Shown: piece by piece, positions 62,674 through 64,000 of the stretch | Position numbering within the stretch: the stretch's first letter is position 1 | How the letters are laid out: each line of letters opens with the position of its first letter | IMG/VR virus record: IMGVR_UViG_3300027805_000007 | Strand: one strand, 5' to 3' | Length of the DNA stretch: 64,000 nt | Origin: an uncultured virus (IMG/VR IMGVR_UViG_3300027805_000007) | Lineage: Duplodnaviria > Heunggongvirae > Uroviricota > Caudoviricetes | The notes under the pieces: model-generated | What the model was told of the DNA's origin: nothing | The model's database searches: none | The model's input: the letters and a program-made list of their open reading frames with translations, nothing else | Position numbers and translations under genes: made by a program

Positions 62674-63999
62674 TTAAACTATTGATTGACGTCTAGAGAC
62701 GACTGGTGCAGGCAATATAAATGATACCGTAGTCACCGCTACCACTACACGACGAGCACCCACGGAAATCGTAGAGTTTGTCGGCACGTACTCGTCAAAA
62801 CCGCCCTCAAAGACATTGATTTCTTCTTCAAAGGCTTCTTTAACTTCGGTTGGTGCTTCCAAAAGTGCTTCAACAATAGCGGCGGCTTCTTCTCCTGAAA
62901 GTTCACCAGTATCAATAGAAGCAAACACTTCGGTTGCTTGGTCTCCAGTAATGCTTTCTAGAACTGCGGCGCTGGTAGCAAGTTGAGTTGCTTGGTCGCT
63001 AGTGACATCAGTAGCCAAAATGGTGTCCACAATCTCTTGCACTTGTTCTTCAGTAACACTGTCCGATTCCAAAACGTTTAAGACTTCATCCAGAACTTCT
63101 GCGGTTATTTCTTCAAGGGTATCTAAATTCTCAACTACAGCGTCAACAATGGCTTGAACTTGCTCTTCTGTAATGTTGTCTGAGTTAAGAGCGTCTGCAA
63201 CTTCGGACAAAACCTCTGGTGTGATTTCTTCAATATTAGTTAGTTCTTCAACTACAGCCGCTACCTCTTCTTCGGTCAATGGCTCTAAATTTGGCTCTAA
63301 ATTTGGCTCTAACGTTGTAATAGTTGTTTCTTCAACGGTAGTCTCAGGGTATGTTTCAGTTATTGTGGTCTCTGGCTCAGTGGTCTCTGGTTCTGGCTCA
63401 GTTGTTGTGGTTATTTCTTCTGGAAGCGTCGTTTCTGGGGTGGGTTCCTCTACTATTGTCGTTGTGGTGCCTGTCGGCACTTCTACGATCGGTTCAGGGA
63501 CGGGAGGGACTGTAGATGTTGTGGTGGTGCTTGTTGGGGTCACCGTTGACGTGGTACTTGTTTCTGGGACTGTTGTGGAAGTTGAAGAAGTAGACGTTGT
63601 TGTCTGAGGTTCAGTACTTGTTGTGGTCGTGGATTCCGTGGTCGTTGTCGGCGGCTCTGTTGTTATTGTTGTCGTTGTGGAAGTGGTGGAAGAAGTAGAC
63701 GTGGTAGACGTAGTTGTTGTTTGTGAAATACCGTTCCATAAAGATAAATTACTAATTGTTAAATGACCTGGCTGGCAACAACTATCTGTTGAATACTGGC
63801 GGAACGTGAAGATGTCACCCTCGTTCACGGGTACAGAGAGCGAACCTGTTGCATCGTTCTGTTGTGTAAGCAATGTGTATACACCGTTGATGCCGTACTG
63901 TGGCGGGTCATACACCCAACCGTCATAGGTTTGGTATGACCAAGTGAAATCTATTGTGTCCACATCTGCGGGAATTGTGGTCTCAATTTTGACCCAATG
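62674..63999 (-). CDS. Large Thr-rich, acidic repeat protein with a C-terminal hydrophobic anchor (5' end outside the window)
   Basis: Frame open to the window edge; T/S/E/P stalk, acidic helical repeats, ending RRVVVAVTTVSFILPAPVVSRR. Confidence 0.8.
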   Translation of the reverse strand, partial: HWVKIETTIPADVDTIDFTWSYQTYDGWVYDPPQYGINGVYTLLTQQNDATGSLSVPVNEGDIFTFRQYSTDSCCQPGHLTISNLSLWNGISQTTTTSTTSTSSTTSTTTTITTEPPTTTTESTTTTSTEPQTTTSTSSTSTTVPETSTTSTVTPTSTTTTSTVPPVPEPIVEVPTGTTTTIVEEPTPETTLPEEITTTTEPEPETTEPETTITETYPETTVEETTITTLEPNLEPNLEPLTEEEVAAVVEELTNIEEITPEVLSEVADALNSDNITEEQVQAIVDAVVENLDTLEEITAEVLDEVLNVLESDSVTEEQVQEIVDTILATDVTSDQATQLATSAAVLESITGDQATEVFASIDTGELSGEEAAAIVEALLEAPTEVKEAFEEEINVFEGGFDEYVPTNSTISVGARRVVVAVTTVSFILPAPVVSRRQSIV

Positions 64000-64000
64000 C

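Noticed and set aside
63281..63311. 12-bp tandem repeat GGCTCTAAATTT
   Set aside because: It simply encodes LEPN repeats in the low-complexity stalk
61..63607. Many plus-strand and alternate-frame ORFs in the track (e.g. 8077-8532, 38633-39160, 57368-57820, 63173-63607)
   Set aside because: They are antisense or off-frame shadows of well-supported minus-strand genes, with no RBS or motifs; His-rich ones mirror Gly codons
1..64000. tRNA or rRNA genes and stop-codon reassignment
   Set aside because: No cloverleaf or rRNA-length match was seen (only the 11-nt 16S-tail match); TAA, TAG and TGA all end intact genes under the standard code

Overview
This window is a 64-kb segment of a tailed dsDNA phage with a contractile (myovirus-type) tail. 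Almost all genes are on the minus strand, and both ends cut through genes. An Actinomycetota host is inferred from an Rpf-like domain in the tape measure, M15 peptidases, TANNNT-only promoters with leaderless starts, and an SD complement matching the CCUCCUUUCU 16S tail. From right to left it carries: (1) a Thr-rich/acidic surface-type protein with a small membrane partner; (2) an array of about 13 kb of fibre, adaptor and glycine-rich adhesin genes with a 2OG-Fe(II) oxygenase; (3) endolysin, terminase, a glycosylase-like protein, a metallophosphoesterase, an HslV-like protease, portal, scaffold and capsid; (4) neck, sheath, tube, a frameshifted tail chaperone, tape measure and baseplate; (5) a divergent control region containing a candidate structured small RNA; (6) a replication/recombination operon (initiator with internal iterons, a hidden zinc-finger gene, loader, DnaB, primase, SNF2 helicase, SSB, PolA, RecA, Cas4-like nuclease, two resolvase-like nucleases, a clavaminate-synthase-like dioxygenase); and (7) a spoVS-led run of small uncharacterised genes. 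The most notable signal is a ~90-nt RNA hairpin next to the replication origin. One loop displays a copy of the 16S rRNA anti-SD tail, and a second segment is complementary to the initiator's ribosome-binding site. Other notable signals are a repeated three-gene stalk-adaptor-adhesin module, a +1/-2 tail-chaperone frameshift, and apparent avoidance of AGCT, TCGA, CCGG and CGCG. All family calls come from motif recognition by eye; no database searches were run.
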